Below are positions 17,832 through 26,739 of a stretch of DNA of 64,000 bases, piece by piece. The notes beneath the pieces are model-generated. The model was not told where the DNA came from, searched no databases, and was given only the letters and a program-made list of their open reading frames with translations. The translations under genes and the position numbers were made by a program. Source of the stretch: Patescibacteria group bacterium UBA1388 (lineage in GTDB: Bacteria; Patescibacteriota; Microgenomatia; UBA1400; PJMF01); the NCBI GenBank assembly GCA_002305355.1, contig DBQS01000016.1, positions 36,279 to 100,278 on the forward strand, written 5' to 3'. Numbering within the stretch: position 1 is the first letter of the stretch; each line of letters opens with the position of its first letter.

Positions 17832-18341
17832 TTACTCAGTTGCTAAAGTCCCAATTTGATATTTCGGTAAAAATGATCGGGCAATATCGGAATGAGGTTC
17901 ACCGTCCTTTGGTCGTTGATTGAAAATAGAAGTAGCATCTGTGCCACAACCTTCCAGTATTGCTGCTCCACCTGGATGACTTTGTGACTCAATAAAAGGA
18001 GTGACATCATAGACTTGACCCTCTATCACCAACCAACAATCAGTCGCGGTAGCGTGTGCTGCAACTTCTGAATAACTATAAAACTCACCCTCTGTTTCAT
18101 CATTTCCCATCTCCTCACCTGCAATTGTGTTCACATCATCGGTTCGCCCTTCAACTCCCTGACCCAGATCTAAGTTCTCCAGATCAGTCTCACTCTCTTG
18201 TTGATTAAAATTATCAGCAGCTTGTTCCTGAATACTCACATTTTCCGGAGGAGCTAACTGATTAGGTTGACCTTGACAAGCCGTCAACAACAATCCCGCG
18301 CTGAAAAACAGCATGCTTACTCTCAATATCTTGAAATTCAT
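17832..18341 (-). CDS. Lipoprotein with a C-terminal cytochrome b5-like heme-binding domain.
   Basis: Signal plus lipobox ...AGLLLTAC|QG. C-terminal CWLVIEGQVYDVTPFIESQSHPGGAAILEGCGTDATSIF carries the HPGG motif of b5-like domains. Confidence 0.6.
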   Translation of the reverse strand: MNFKILRVSMLFFSAGLLLTACQGQPNQLAPPENVSIQEQAADNFNQQESETDLENLDLGQGVEGRTDDVNTIAGEEMGNDETEGEFYSYSEVAAHATATDCWLVIEGQVYDVTPFIESQSHPGGAAILEGCGTDATSIFNQRPKDGEPHSDIARSFLPKYQIGTLATE

Positions 18342-18485
18342 AACATCTTTCTAAGTGTCTAATTGTTAATAAGACGCACTTTATCAAAAATAAATTTTTT
18401 GACAAGCGGTTTGATGCGATGAAGTATTCTCTTGCATCACCACAAAAATTAGCACTTATAATATGCTTTGACCATTGCTCTGACT

Positions 18486-19616
18486 ATGAACAAAAACCGT
18501 TTTCAAATTTTAATCACCGTCTTAAGCTTGTTCATATTTTTACTGGTTGTCTCAGTATCCGCTTTCTTATGGATCAGTTATCAAAGAACAATTGTCATTG
18601 CCTCTCCCAGCCCGCAACCTTCGCCATTATCGGCAATAAATCTGCCCACCCCTACCCCTGATCCGCTCGCTGCTTTTGGCTTACTGCTACTCGGTTACGG
18701 CGGAAGTGGACACGATGGTGGGAGTCTCACTGACACCATCATGCTCGCTTGGATAAATCCAAAAATTAAAAATGTGCATCTCATCTCAATTCCTAGAGAC
18801 GTGTGGGTCACTTTACCAATCACAGATCAAAGTGGTGAACCACTTTCTGAAAAGATCAATGCCGTCTATGCAATTGGTAATGATCTCAATCAATATCCCT
18901 ACCGTCCACCAGAATACTCAGCAACTGGTGCCGGTGGCCAATTAGTGATGAAGATTGTGCAGGATATTACTGGTCTACCAGTCAAATACTTCATTGCTCT
19001 TGATTTCAAAGGCTTTGAAAAGGCAATTGATCAATTGGGAGGCATCGACGTCGCTTTGCGGACTGGATTTGACGATCCATTTTATCCAATAGCAGGCAAG
19101 GAAAATGATACTTGTGAACACACTGAAGATGATATTGCCGCCCTCACTGCTACTCTAAGTGGGGAAAAATTAGACCAAATGTTTCCATGCCGATACGAAC
19201 ATCTTTACTTTGACGCGGGACAACATCATCTTGATGGTGAAACCGCCTTGAAATTTGTTCGTTCCAGACATTCTAGTCAAGCTGGTAGTGATTTTGCCAG
19301 AGCTGAAAGACAACAACTGGTTTTACAAACTATTAAACAAAAAGTGCTCTCTTTGCGGATAATTCCAAAAATTATTCCCCTCATCAATCAACTCTCATAT
19401 CACCTGCAAACTAATATTGATGCCTCCACCATTTCTCAATATAGTTCAGAGTTAAATGATTTGAATTCTTTTCAGATTCAGACTTTGGTACTTTCTGAAC
19501 AAAATGTATTACAAGCCAGTCGAAATAATCGCGGTCAATACGTACTACTCCCAAAATCTGAAAGCAGCTGGCAAGAAGTCCATACTTTTTTAAAAACCAA
19601 CATTAAAGATAAATAA
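18486..19616 (+). CDS. LytR-CpsA-Psr (LCP) family cell-envelope phosphotransferase.
   Basis: N-terminal TM anchor, then LLLLGYGGSGHDGGSLTDTIMLAWINP...ISIPRDVWV, the LCP core motifs. An alternative TTG start lies at 18468. Confidence 0.8.
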   Translation: MNKNRFQILITVLSLFIFLLVVSVSAFLWISYQRTIVIASPSPQPSPLSAINLPTPTPDPLAAFGLLLLGYGGSGHDGGSLTDTIMLAWINPKIKNVHLISIPRDVWVTLPITDQSGEPLSEKINAVYAIGNDLNQYPYRPPEYSATGAGGQLVMKIVQDITGLPVKYFIALDFKGFEKAIDQLGGIDVALRTGFDDPFYPIAGKENDTCEHTEDDIAALTATLSGEKLDQMFPCRYEHLYFDAGQHHLDGETALKFVRSRHSSQAGSDFARAERQQLVLQTIKQKVLSLRIIPKIIPLINQLSYHLQTNIDASTISQYSSELNDLNSFQIQTLVLSEQNVLQASRNNRGQYVLLPKSESSWQEVHTFLKTNIKDK

Positions 19617-19623
19617 CTGAAAT

Positions 19624-19642
19624 CATGAGGATCATCCTCATG
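19624..19642 (+). terminator. Hairpin (9-bp perfect stem CATGAGGAT / ATCCTCATG) directly after the LCP gene stop. Weak T-tract.
   Basis: Seen at 19624-19642, followed by CTTATTGCTCGTTTG. Confidence 0.35.
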
Positions 19643-19775
19643 CTTATTGCTCGTTTGCCCTTGATGAGCGTTAAAAAATTTGCTCATCGTAGTTATCTAT
19701 GATAAACTTCCAACAGCATGATTGATTAATAGCCCCATATATCAAAAAATACACACTAACTTCAGCTATATCTAA

Positions 19776-20486
19776 ATGGCAACATCACGCATTACCCTTT
19801 CACAAAAAAAACGTACTTTAAGATTCATTCACACCATTGGTCACGAGTTGAAACAACCTTTGAGTTTAATTAAGGCATATACTTACTACTTACGCAAATA
19901 CTTACCCAAAGATGAACAAGCTCAGCAGTATCCAATTAAAATCAGTCGTCAAGTGGACTTGCTGACTACAATGCTGAATGACATTGTGGAAACCTCAAAG
20001 CTCTCAATTAAAGAAATGAAGTTGTCTAAACAAAAGATTGAGTTAGGAAAGTTTGTCAAAAACCAAATTGCAGATCTTAGGTCTGCTTACCCCACCCGCA
20101 ATATTCAACTCGTGATAAAACATCATCCCAATTATATTCTGGGAGACAAGATGCGCTTGAGACAAGTAATCATGAATTTATTGACTAATGCACTTTCTTA
20201 TTCGAAGGCAGAGGATTCCATTCTTATTTCAATCAAACCAAGCCGCAAAACGATTCAACTGTCCATTACTGATCACGGCGTGGGAATTCACCAATCACAA
20301 TTAAAACATATTTTCGAACCTTACTACCGAACTGATGAATCTAAAAAAAGAGGAATTAAAGGCTTGGGATTAGGACTCGCAATCGTCAAAGAAATACTAA
20401 GGTTACACCAAGCCAAAATATCTGTCCAAAGTCAATTAAAGCGGGGCACGACATTTACAATCCGTTTTCCAAAAATAAGCATCTAA
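19776..20486 (+). CDS. Cytoplasmic sensor-less histidine kinase (HisKA + HATPase_c only).
   Basis: H-box IGHELKQPLSLIKAY. G-boxes GLGLGLAIVKEILRLHQAKISVQSQLKRGTTFTIRFP. No TM or sensor domain. Confidence 0.75.
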   Translation: MATSRITLSQKKRTLRFIHTIGHELKQPLSLIKAYTYYLRKYLPKDEQAQQYPIKISRQVDLLTTMLNDIVETSKLSIKEMKLSKQKIELGKFVKNQIADLRSAYPTRNIQLVIKHHPNYILGDKMRLRQVIMNLLTNALSYSKAEDSILISIKPSRKTIQLSITDHGVGIHQSQLKHIFEPYYRTDESKKRGIKGLGLGLAIVKEILRLHQAKISVQSQLKRGTTFTIRFPKISI

Positions 20487-20495
20487 CATCAACGA

Positions 20496-21173
20496 CTAGT
20501 CTGGCGGCGTCTGTATCATGTAACCAAAACCTCTGATTGATTTCAAGTATTTCTTGTGTTCATTTTCAATTTTTTTTCTTAAATATCCAACGTATACATC
20601 AACCACTCTTGTTTCTATATCTGGGTTACTATTCCAGATTCTAGACAAAATCATTTCCCTGCTTAACACCTTGTCGGGATTGGACATAAAATATTCAAGT
20701 AACTTAAATTCTTGAGCGGTCAAACTTATCGCCTTGCCCGCTTGAGTTACCTGATGAGTTGTGAGATTTAAAATTAAATCACCGACACGCAATTGTTGCA
20801 CAATTTTACCCCCTGAACGTAAACGAGCTTTGATGCGAGCGAGCAATACTTCTGGCACAATCGGTTTTGGAATGTAATCGTCTGCGCCCAAGTTTAAACC
20901 TTGGGCAATATCTTGCGGTGAACCCTCCGCAGTAATCATGATAACCTGAATTTGCGGATCATGAGCTTTGATTTTTTGACAAATTGTCCGTCCATCTAAA
21001 TCTGGCAAATTCAAATCTAGTAAGACTATTTCAGGACTGACTTTTTCAACGGAATTTAAGCCACTTAATCCCCGATAATCTACAAAAACCTGAAAACCTT
21101 CATCAACCAAAACATCTTTGATATAGTTGGCCATTTCCTGCTCATCTTCAATCACTTGAATAATACTATTCAT
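20496..21173 (-). CDS. OmpR-family response regulator (receiver + winged-helix DNA-binding domain).
   Basis: IVLLDLNLPDLDG ... LSRIWNSNPDIETRVVDVYVGYLRKKI...IRGFGY. Confidence 0.85.
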   Translation of the reverse strand: MNSIIQVIEDEQEMANYIKDVLVDEGFQVFVDYRGLSGLNSVEKVSPEIVLLDLNLPDLDGRTICQKIKAHDPQIQVIMITAEGSPQDIAQGLNLGADDYIPKPIVPEVLLARIKARLRSGGKIVQQLRVGDLILNLTTHQVTQAGKAISLTAQEFKLLEYFMSNPDKVLSREMILSRIWNSNPDIETRVVDVYVGYLRKKIENEHKKYLKSIRGFGYMIQTPPD

Positions 21174-21303
21174 ACGCCTCTCATCTACCTGCTGCTAGTT
21201 CTGTAATTATGCTTTAGTTCTCTTGATCAAAATTTTGAGGATTAGTATAGCATCTTTCCAGGTACTTATTTCACTAATATAATCAAACTAAATCGCACAC
21301 TAA

Positions 21304-21783
21304 TCATTCGGATCTCACACTAACTCTCTGGACGATCGGTATTGATGCCTCGGTATAACACGCCTTAATTTCAATCAGCTGGGGGTTAATTGCTCGAATC
21401 ACATAACCCGTTCGCTCAATTCCGGGTGCTTCTGTATCAACAGGTAAAGTTATATTTTTATCTAAAATATCAGCCAAGTTTAAACATTGAGTATGACCTA
21501 CCTGACAATGATTAGTATGCAAATTACATCCTTCTTGGCTAGTACCCAGCTGTTGCCACGAATCAGAAATCAGGGTGAGATGATCCTGGTCCAGATAATG
21601 ATTGATCGTGCTCGCTAAACTGGTTACCGCTACTTGCCGAATTTGGTCAGAATTTTGTGCAACTTTCTCGTGAGGATTGACCTTGTCGAGCAATAAAAAA
21701 AATGATCCTCCCACCAAAATGAAGCCTGCCAGCAAAGCTATCACAAGTAATGATAATCCATTAGACACATTAATAACTAACAA
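21304..21783 (-). CDS. Hypothetical membrane-anchored protein.
   Basis: N-terminal TM (LSLLVIALLAGFILVGGSFFLLL). No recognised domain. Confidence 0.35.
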   Translation of the reverse strand: MLVINVSNGLSLLVIALLAGFILVGGSFFLLLDKVNPHEKVAQNSDQIRQVAVTSLASTINHYLDQDHLTLISDSWQQLGTSQEGCNLHTNHCQVGHTQCLNLADILDKNITLPVDTEAPGIERTGYVIRAINPQLIEIKACYTEASIPIVQRVSVRSE

Positions 21784-21841
21784 GTACTACTTCTAGGATA
21801 TCAAGAAATATCAATCAAAACATCTAGAAGATTCGGAAACC

Positions 21842-22159
21842 CTAATCTTCCTGTAGTTTGCCTTGGAAAAAAGAAAACAACTGCTTACCCATATACTCTT
21901 GCCAAGACAAGGCAGGATCGTCAATTGGATACTCTTCGTCGAGATCAAGTAATATTTTTTTTAGTTCGTCTGGTTGGGGTTTAAATCCTAATAACTCTGG
22001 TAAATCAGACACATCGAGTAACCATCTCGTATACCATGTCTGCCAATGGTCACCTTTCCCATCACTGCCCGGATGAATACCTCGATAAGATTCGTAAGTT
22101 TGGGCGAAGAGATGGACAAAATCAGCTTCTGTTGACATTATTCTCCAATCTCCTGACAC
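21842..22159 (-). CDS. Hypothetical protein (105 aa).
   Basis: ORF only. Confidence 0.3.
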   Translation of the reverse strand: MSGDWRIMSTEADFVHLFAQTYESYRGIHPGSDGKGDHWQTWYTRWLLDVSDLPELLGFKPQPDELKKILLDLDEEYPIDDPALSWQEYMGKQLFSFFQGKLQED

Positions 22160-22433
22160 TTTGAGTCGGATGCTACTGGTAAGTAATTTTACTATAACAT
22201 TAATCTCAAAATTATTTCTATCATCATTTGCTCTATACAGGCATTAAATATTATTAACTAATTTTCTTTGCATCTGAATAATCTTCAACCGGCGTCACTA
22301 CCAGTAAAGTCTGGAACATCAAATTTCCATCGACGTGGTTGCTCTTACAATATTCTTACTCAATCTTACCGCTCCTGTCACTTTTCGGAAGTAGTCTCAA
22401 CCAACAGTAAAAAGTGAACAGTTCAAAAGGAGT

Positions 22434-22616
22434 ATGATGACAAAATCAGCAGGCAGAGATAGTAAAGGCAGATTTGTAACTGGATCAGAAGTGGCCAAAA
22501 TGGCTGGCAGAAAAGGGGGTAAGGCCGCTCAAAAAACCGGCAGAGCTCATCCTTTGACAAATAAAGAAAGAGCAAAAGGTGGTGAAAATTCTCACGTTAT
22601 TCCAAGTATGATGTAG
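22434..22616 (+). CDS. KGG-repeat general stress protein (YciG/Con-10-like).
   Basis: GRKGGKAAQKTG ... AKGGENSH repeats. Strong SD AAAAGGAG lies 7 nt upstream. Confidence 0.55.
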   Translation: MMTKSAGRDSKGRFVTGSEVAKMAGRKGGKAAQKTGRAHPLTNKERAKGGENSHVIPSMM

Positions 22617-22635
22617 CGGTTGAAAATCATTCGTT

Positions 22636-23112
22636 CTATGAACTTACAAAAGCTCCCTTTGGGGAGCTTTTTGGTGGAAGATGAGCATAAAGATCTTCAA
22701 TCAGTTGCTCGCTGGTACGAAGAGCATGGTCTAGGTATTTTTGATCTTGGTGATTAATATTAATCGTCACCTTGAAACTACCGATTGGATATTTCCACCA
22801 ATTCCACTCAGTACATCCCTCAAATTCTGCATCATCAGTCTTTGCTTTTAGCTGACATAATTGATCGATGACTAAGTGTTCAAATAAATGACCCATTTCA
22901 GTCTGCTTCACTTCCTCAGAAAATGTAAGGTTTTCATCATTAAAGCAAGTTGTCTCTAACACTGATGGCTGACGAACCTGTAAAAAATGATACATTTCTG
23001 GAAAACATGTCGTCGACCAACATGCTTTGGGAAAATTCATAATCAAGTCTGCATGCTGATGATGTATGAGCGTTTGATATTGAAAATTGGCAGATTGATA
23101 GTTTCTCATCAT
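22636..23112 (-). CDS. Hypothetical protein (158 aa).
   Basis: ORF only. Confidence 0.3.
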   Translation of the reverse strand: MMRNYQSANFQYQTLIHHQHADLIMNFPKACWSTTCFPEMYHFLQVRQPSVLETTCFNDENLTFSEEVKQTEMGHLFEHLVIDQLCQLKAKTDDAEFEGCTEWNWWKYPIGSFKVTININHQDQKYLDHALRTSEQLIEDLYAHLPPKSSPKGAFVSS

Positions 23113-23339
23113 ATTTTTACTTAATTTTTACAAATTTCTTACAATGTCTGATACCATGACAGATGCATTTACATACTGCAAGCCGCTAGCATCATTCCTA
23201 ACTGATGCTAGTGAAGCTGTTTGCAACCTTATAGTGCTAGGGAAAACACAAGTCCCATTCGGAATACAATCAGAATGCCATAAGTAATAGTCTGGTAATA
23301 AATGACCTAAATGATGAAAAGCCATATATAATACGGATT

Positions 23340-25376
23340 ATGAGCAGTAATCAATCTTCGTCTGCTCAATTTCGCGGACAACATTTGCTGCCATCTGCCG
23401 TCTCACCAACGACAAAGATGGTATCTTTTTTGAATCTCGTCCATCAGGAATTATCTTCTTCTCTTGATTATGAGAAAACTATTCAAAGACTCGGAAAATT
23501 GGCTGTGCCAGTTTTGGCAGATTTGTTTATGATTGATGCGCTCAACGATGAGGGCCGAATTGAAACGCTTGCCATTTTTAACCAAGATCAAAAATCACTT
23601 CAAATCGCACTTCAGTTGAGGAAAGAGCAACCTATTAGTTTAAAAGCTACTCACGGAATTGGCAAGGTTCTTCGTACTGGTTTGGCAGAATTTTTTCCAA
23701 ACTTAGAACCGGAAGTCATAAAAAAACTTTATCCCAAATCGTCTCATTTTCGGGCAGCCATTGCCACAAAACCACTTTCAATGATCATCACTCCGGTTAA
23801 AACTAGAAATAAGATATTTGGCGCTTTTACGTTTGTCACCAACCAACAATCAAACAGAAAATACTCCCATATCGATTTATCTATTGCTCAGGATTTTGCC
23901 CATAGTGCCGCCCTAGCGCTCCACAACGCATATCTATTTTCCGAAACTCAACAAGTTAGCCTCCGTTATGAGCATTTGTTTCGTGGTATTAATGAAGCAG
24001 TCATAATTTTAAATAACAAAGGCAAGATTATTGATGCGAACCCAACTGCTCAAAAAATGTTGAGTGTCTCCGAACGAGATTTTGGTAATCAGAGCTTAAA
24101 TCAATTTTGTTCACACAAAAATCAACCACATCCCACAATCTTCAGTCAATTGCAAAACCATCGTACTTGGCAAACTGAACTCTATTTAAGATCGAAAAAT
24201 AAACAACTATTTTATGTTGAGCTACGAGCACAAAAAATCTTACTTCCCAAAGAAACAATCTATTCAGTTGTCCTTCATGATTTGACCGAGAGTAAGCGGA
24301 CATTTGAAACCAATGCCCGGTTGGCTGCGATCATTGCTTCGTCAGATGAAGCAATTATTGGTTTGAGCTTGTCTCACACCGTAACAAGCTGGAACAAAGG
24401 CGCTGAAAAAACTTTCGGTTATTTAGCTTCAGAAGTAATCGGGAAACAAATAAATTTTATTTATCCCAAACACCTCCAACATGAACTACTGCATTTTTCA
24501 AAAATCGTTAAAGATGGACAAAGTATCGATCACTTTCAAACGCAAAGACTACATAAGAATGGCAAATTAATTGATATTTCAATTAGTATTTCTCCCATTA
24601 GAGATGCTAATGGCCAAATTATCGGCACATCAACTATTTCTCGCGATATCACCGAAAGACTTAAAATAGAAAAGAGAAAAGATGAATTCTTGAGTGTGGC
24701 AAGCCATGAATTAAAAACACCAATTACTAGTATTAAAGCCTATGCCCAAATTTTGGAAAAATACTTCATCGATCAAGATAAGTCAAAATGTATGGTCATT
24801 AGCAAGAAAATGAACCGCCAAATTGACCGTTTATCCCAGCTAGTCTACGACTTGTTAGACATCTCAAAAATTGAACTTGGTCAAATGCAACTTAATTATG
24901 AAAAAGTATGTTTGTACGATTTACTGAAAGAAGCGGTGGCAGATATGCAAGCCTTTGCAAAACAACGCATCACGTTGGTTGGCCGCAGATATGCTCCTAT
25001 TTGTGCTGACGCTTACCGAGTGGACCAAGTGATGATTAATTTACTCACAAATGCAATCAAGTACTCTCCTTCTTCGAAAGAAATTAAAGTTTCTCAAAAA
25101 AAAATTGGTCGGCAACTCCAAGTTAGCATTCAAGATTTCGGTATTGGCATTGATCCTAAACATTTTGATCAAATATTCAGTAGATTTTATAGGATTGAAG
25201 GTAAAGACTCGGATAGCTACGGTGGTTTGGGATTAGGCTTATATATTTCCCATCAAATTATTCAACGCCATGGCGGTAGTATGTGGGTAGAGAGTAGCCT
25301 GGGCAAAGGTTCAACTTTCTATTTCACACTGCAAATCGATAAAAAATGCGAGGAATTGAAAGACAATCAAAAATGA
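23340..25376 (+). CDS. Cytoplasmic sensor histidine kinase with GAF and PAS domains.
   Basis: PAS block TSWNKGAEKTFGYLASEVIGKQINFIY. H-box FLSVASHELKTPITSIKAYAQIL. HATPase GGLGLGLYISHQIIQRHGGSMWVESSLGKGSTFYF. Confidence 0.8.
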   Translation: MSSNQSSSAQFRGQHLLPSAVSPTTKMVSFLNLVHQELSSSLDYEKTIQRLGKLAVPVLADLFMIDALNDEGRIETLAIFNQDQKSLQIALQLRKEQPISLKATHGIGKVLRTGLAEFFPNLEPEVIKKLYPKSSHFRAAIATKPLSMIITPVKTRNKIFGAFTFVTNQQSNRKYSHIDLSIAQDFAHSAALALHNAYLFSETQQVSLRYEHLFRGINEAVIILNNKGKIIDANPTAQKMLSVSERDFGNQSLNQFCSHKNQPHPTIFSQLQNHRTWQTELYLRSKNKQLFYVELRAQKILLPKETIYSVVLHDLTESKRTFETNARLAAIIASSDEAIIGLSLSHTVTSWNKGAEKTFGYLASEVIGKQINFIYPKHLQHELLHFSKIVKDGQSIDHFQTQRLHKNGKLIDISISISPIRDANGQIIGTSTISRDITERLKIEKRKDEFLSVASHELKTPITSIKAYAQILEKYFIDQDKSKCMVISKKMNRQIDRLSQLVYDLLDISKIELGQMQLNYEKVCLYDLLKEAVADMQAFAKQRITLVGRRYAPICADAYRVDQVMINLLTNAIKYSPSSKEIKVSQKKIGRQLQVSIQDFGIGIDPKHFDQIFSRFYRIEGKDSDSYGGLGLGLYISHQIIQRHGGSMWVESSLGKGSTFYFTLQIDKKCEELKDNQK

Positions 25377-25792
25377 TCAACAAGAATCGAGAAAATCACC
25401 AGACTGTTTGGGTAGTCGACGATGATCAAGGTATTCTTGACGTGGTGAAAATTATATTTGAACAGGAATGTTTTCCAGGCAAATATTTTAGTGATCCTAA
25501 ACTGATGCAAGCAGAAATATCTCGGGGAAACCGGCCAAGCCTGTTGTTGCTTGATGTGTTTATGCGAGGTGTCAATGGCGTTAATATTGCGCTAAACTTA
25601 AAAAATCAGTGTCAAACGAAGCACATTCCAATTATCTTGCTGACTGCCGATCTCGATGCTGCTGAAAAAGCGAAACAAGCAAAAGTGGAAGGATTCTTAA
25701 CCAAGCCCTTTGACATCGCAGAATTATTAGCTGTCGTAAAAAAGTATGTCGTCATTGATCACCCAGGTCATGATCTACATCCTAACCCATAA
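25373..25792 (+). CDS. Single-domain response regulator (receiver), translationally coupled to the upstream kinase by an ATGA overlap.
   Basis: VWVVDDDQGILD...LLLDVFMRGVNG...ILLTADLD...GFLTKPF. The ATG at 25373 overlaps the kinase TGA at 25374-25376. Confidence 0.7.
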   Translation: MINKNRENHQTVWVVDDDQGILDVVKIIFEQECFPGKYFSDPKLMQAEISRGNRPSLLLLDVFMRGVNGVNIALNLKNQCQTKHIPIILLTADLDAAEKAKQAKVEGFLTKPFDIAELLAVVKKYVVIDHPGHDLHPNP

Positions 25793-26668
25793 GATAAAAC
25801 TTCTCCACAAAACCAATATCACCATCAATCCCAACATAATTCGCCAATTTGTACAAAAGAAGAGCGCTTCTACCAATAAAGCAGTCCATAAACCACCATA
25901 TTTTTTAAAGTACTCAAACCGACTTTTCCGATAAATTTTATTAAGATCTGATGATACCTGTATGTCTTCTTTTTTTTGATCATGGATCACTATTGCTTCC
26001 GGTAAGATGACCAGCTTTAAACCTGCTCGGCTAATCCTCCTCCCGAAGTCCCACTCCTCAAAATAAAGAAAGAAGCGAGCATCAAAGCGTCCCAGCGTAT
26101 GAAACAATTCCCGGCCAATCATCATGGCACATCCGGGAATAGCTGCCAATTTGGCTGAATCAAACCCGTCAATATTTGCCAGATAATGTCGACGTGCTAC
26201 CGGGTTTTGTGGCCACAAGCGATGTATGCTGGTGTGGCTCATCAAATAAGTCCAGATTGTAAGCGGACCACTACCTTGATAAATATATTCTTGGCCATTT
26301 GTGTGTAAAAGTGTTGGCGCGACTGCTCCCACATGAGAATGCTTGCTTAGATAATTACTCAACTGGCTAACGATGTCCGTTTTTACAATTACGTCTGGGT
26401 TTAAAAATAATAAATACTTGCCTGCTGCATGATCCGCTCCTAAATTATTGCCTCCCCCATAACCCAAATTTTGACCAGCAACCAAATAAGTAATGCTCTT
26501 TCTACCTCTTAATTGATCTGCCAATATCTCGTTGCCTTCATTGTCCACAATGATGATTTCGTAGTTTTCAATTGCGCACTTTTCTCGAATAGAATTCAAA
26601 CAACGATGCAACTGCTGTGCACTGCGATAATTCACGATGATAATTGAAACGAGAGGTAAACCAGACAT
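25775..26668 (-). CDS. Family 2 glycosyltransferase (GT-A fold).
   Basis: VSIIIVNYRS...IIIVDNEGNE...FLNPDV. Confidence 0.75.
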   Translation of the reverse strand: MSGLPLVSIIIVNYRSAQQLHRCLNSIREKCAIENYEIIIVDNEGNEILADQLRGRKSITYLVAGQNLGYGGGNNLGADHAAGKYLLFLNPDVIVKTDIVSQLSNYLSKHSHVGAVAPTLLHTNGQEYIYQGSGPLTIWTYLMSHTSIHRLWPQNPVARRHYLANIDGFDSAKLAAIPGCAMMIGRELFHTLGRFDARFFLYFEEWDFGRRISRAGLKLVILPEAIVIHDQKKEDIQVSSDLNKIYRKSRFEYFKKYGGLWTALLVEALFFCTNWRIMLGLMVILVLWRSFILWVRM

Positions 26669-26739
26669 TTACTTATTCTACTGCAAATCAAAATAGGGTG
26701 CGATCAGCTCATTAAATTGTTATATACTTAACAGCAATC

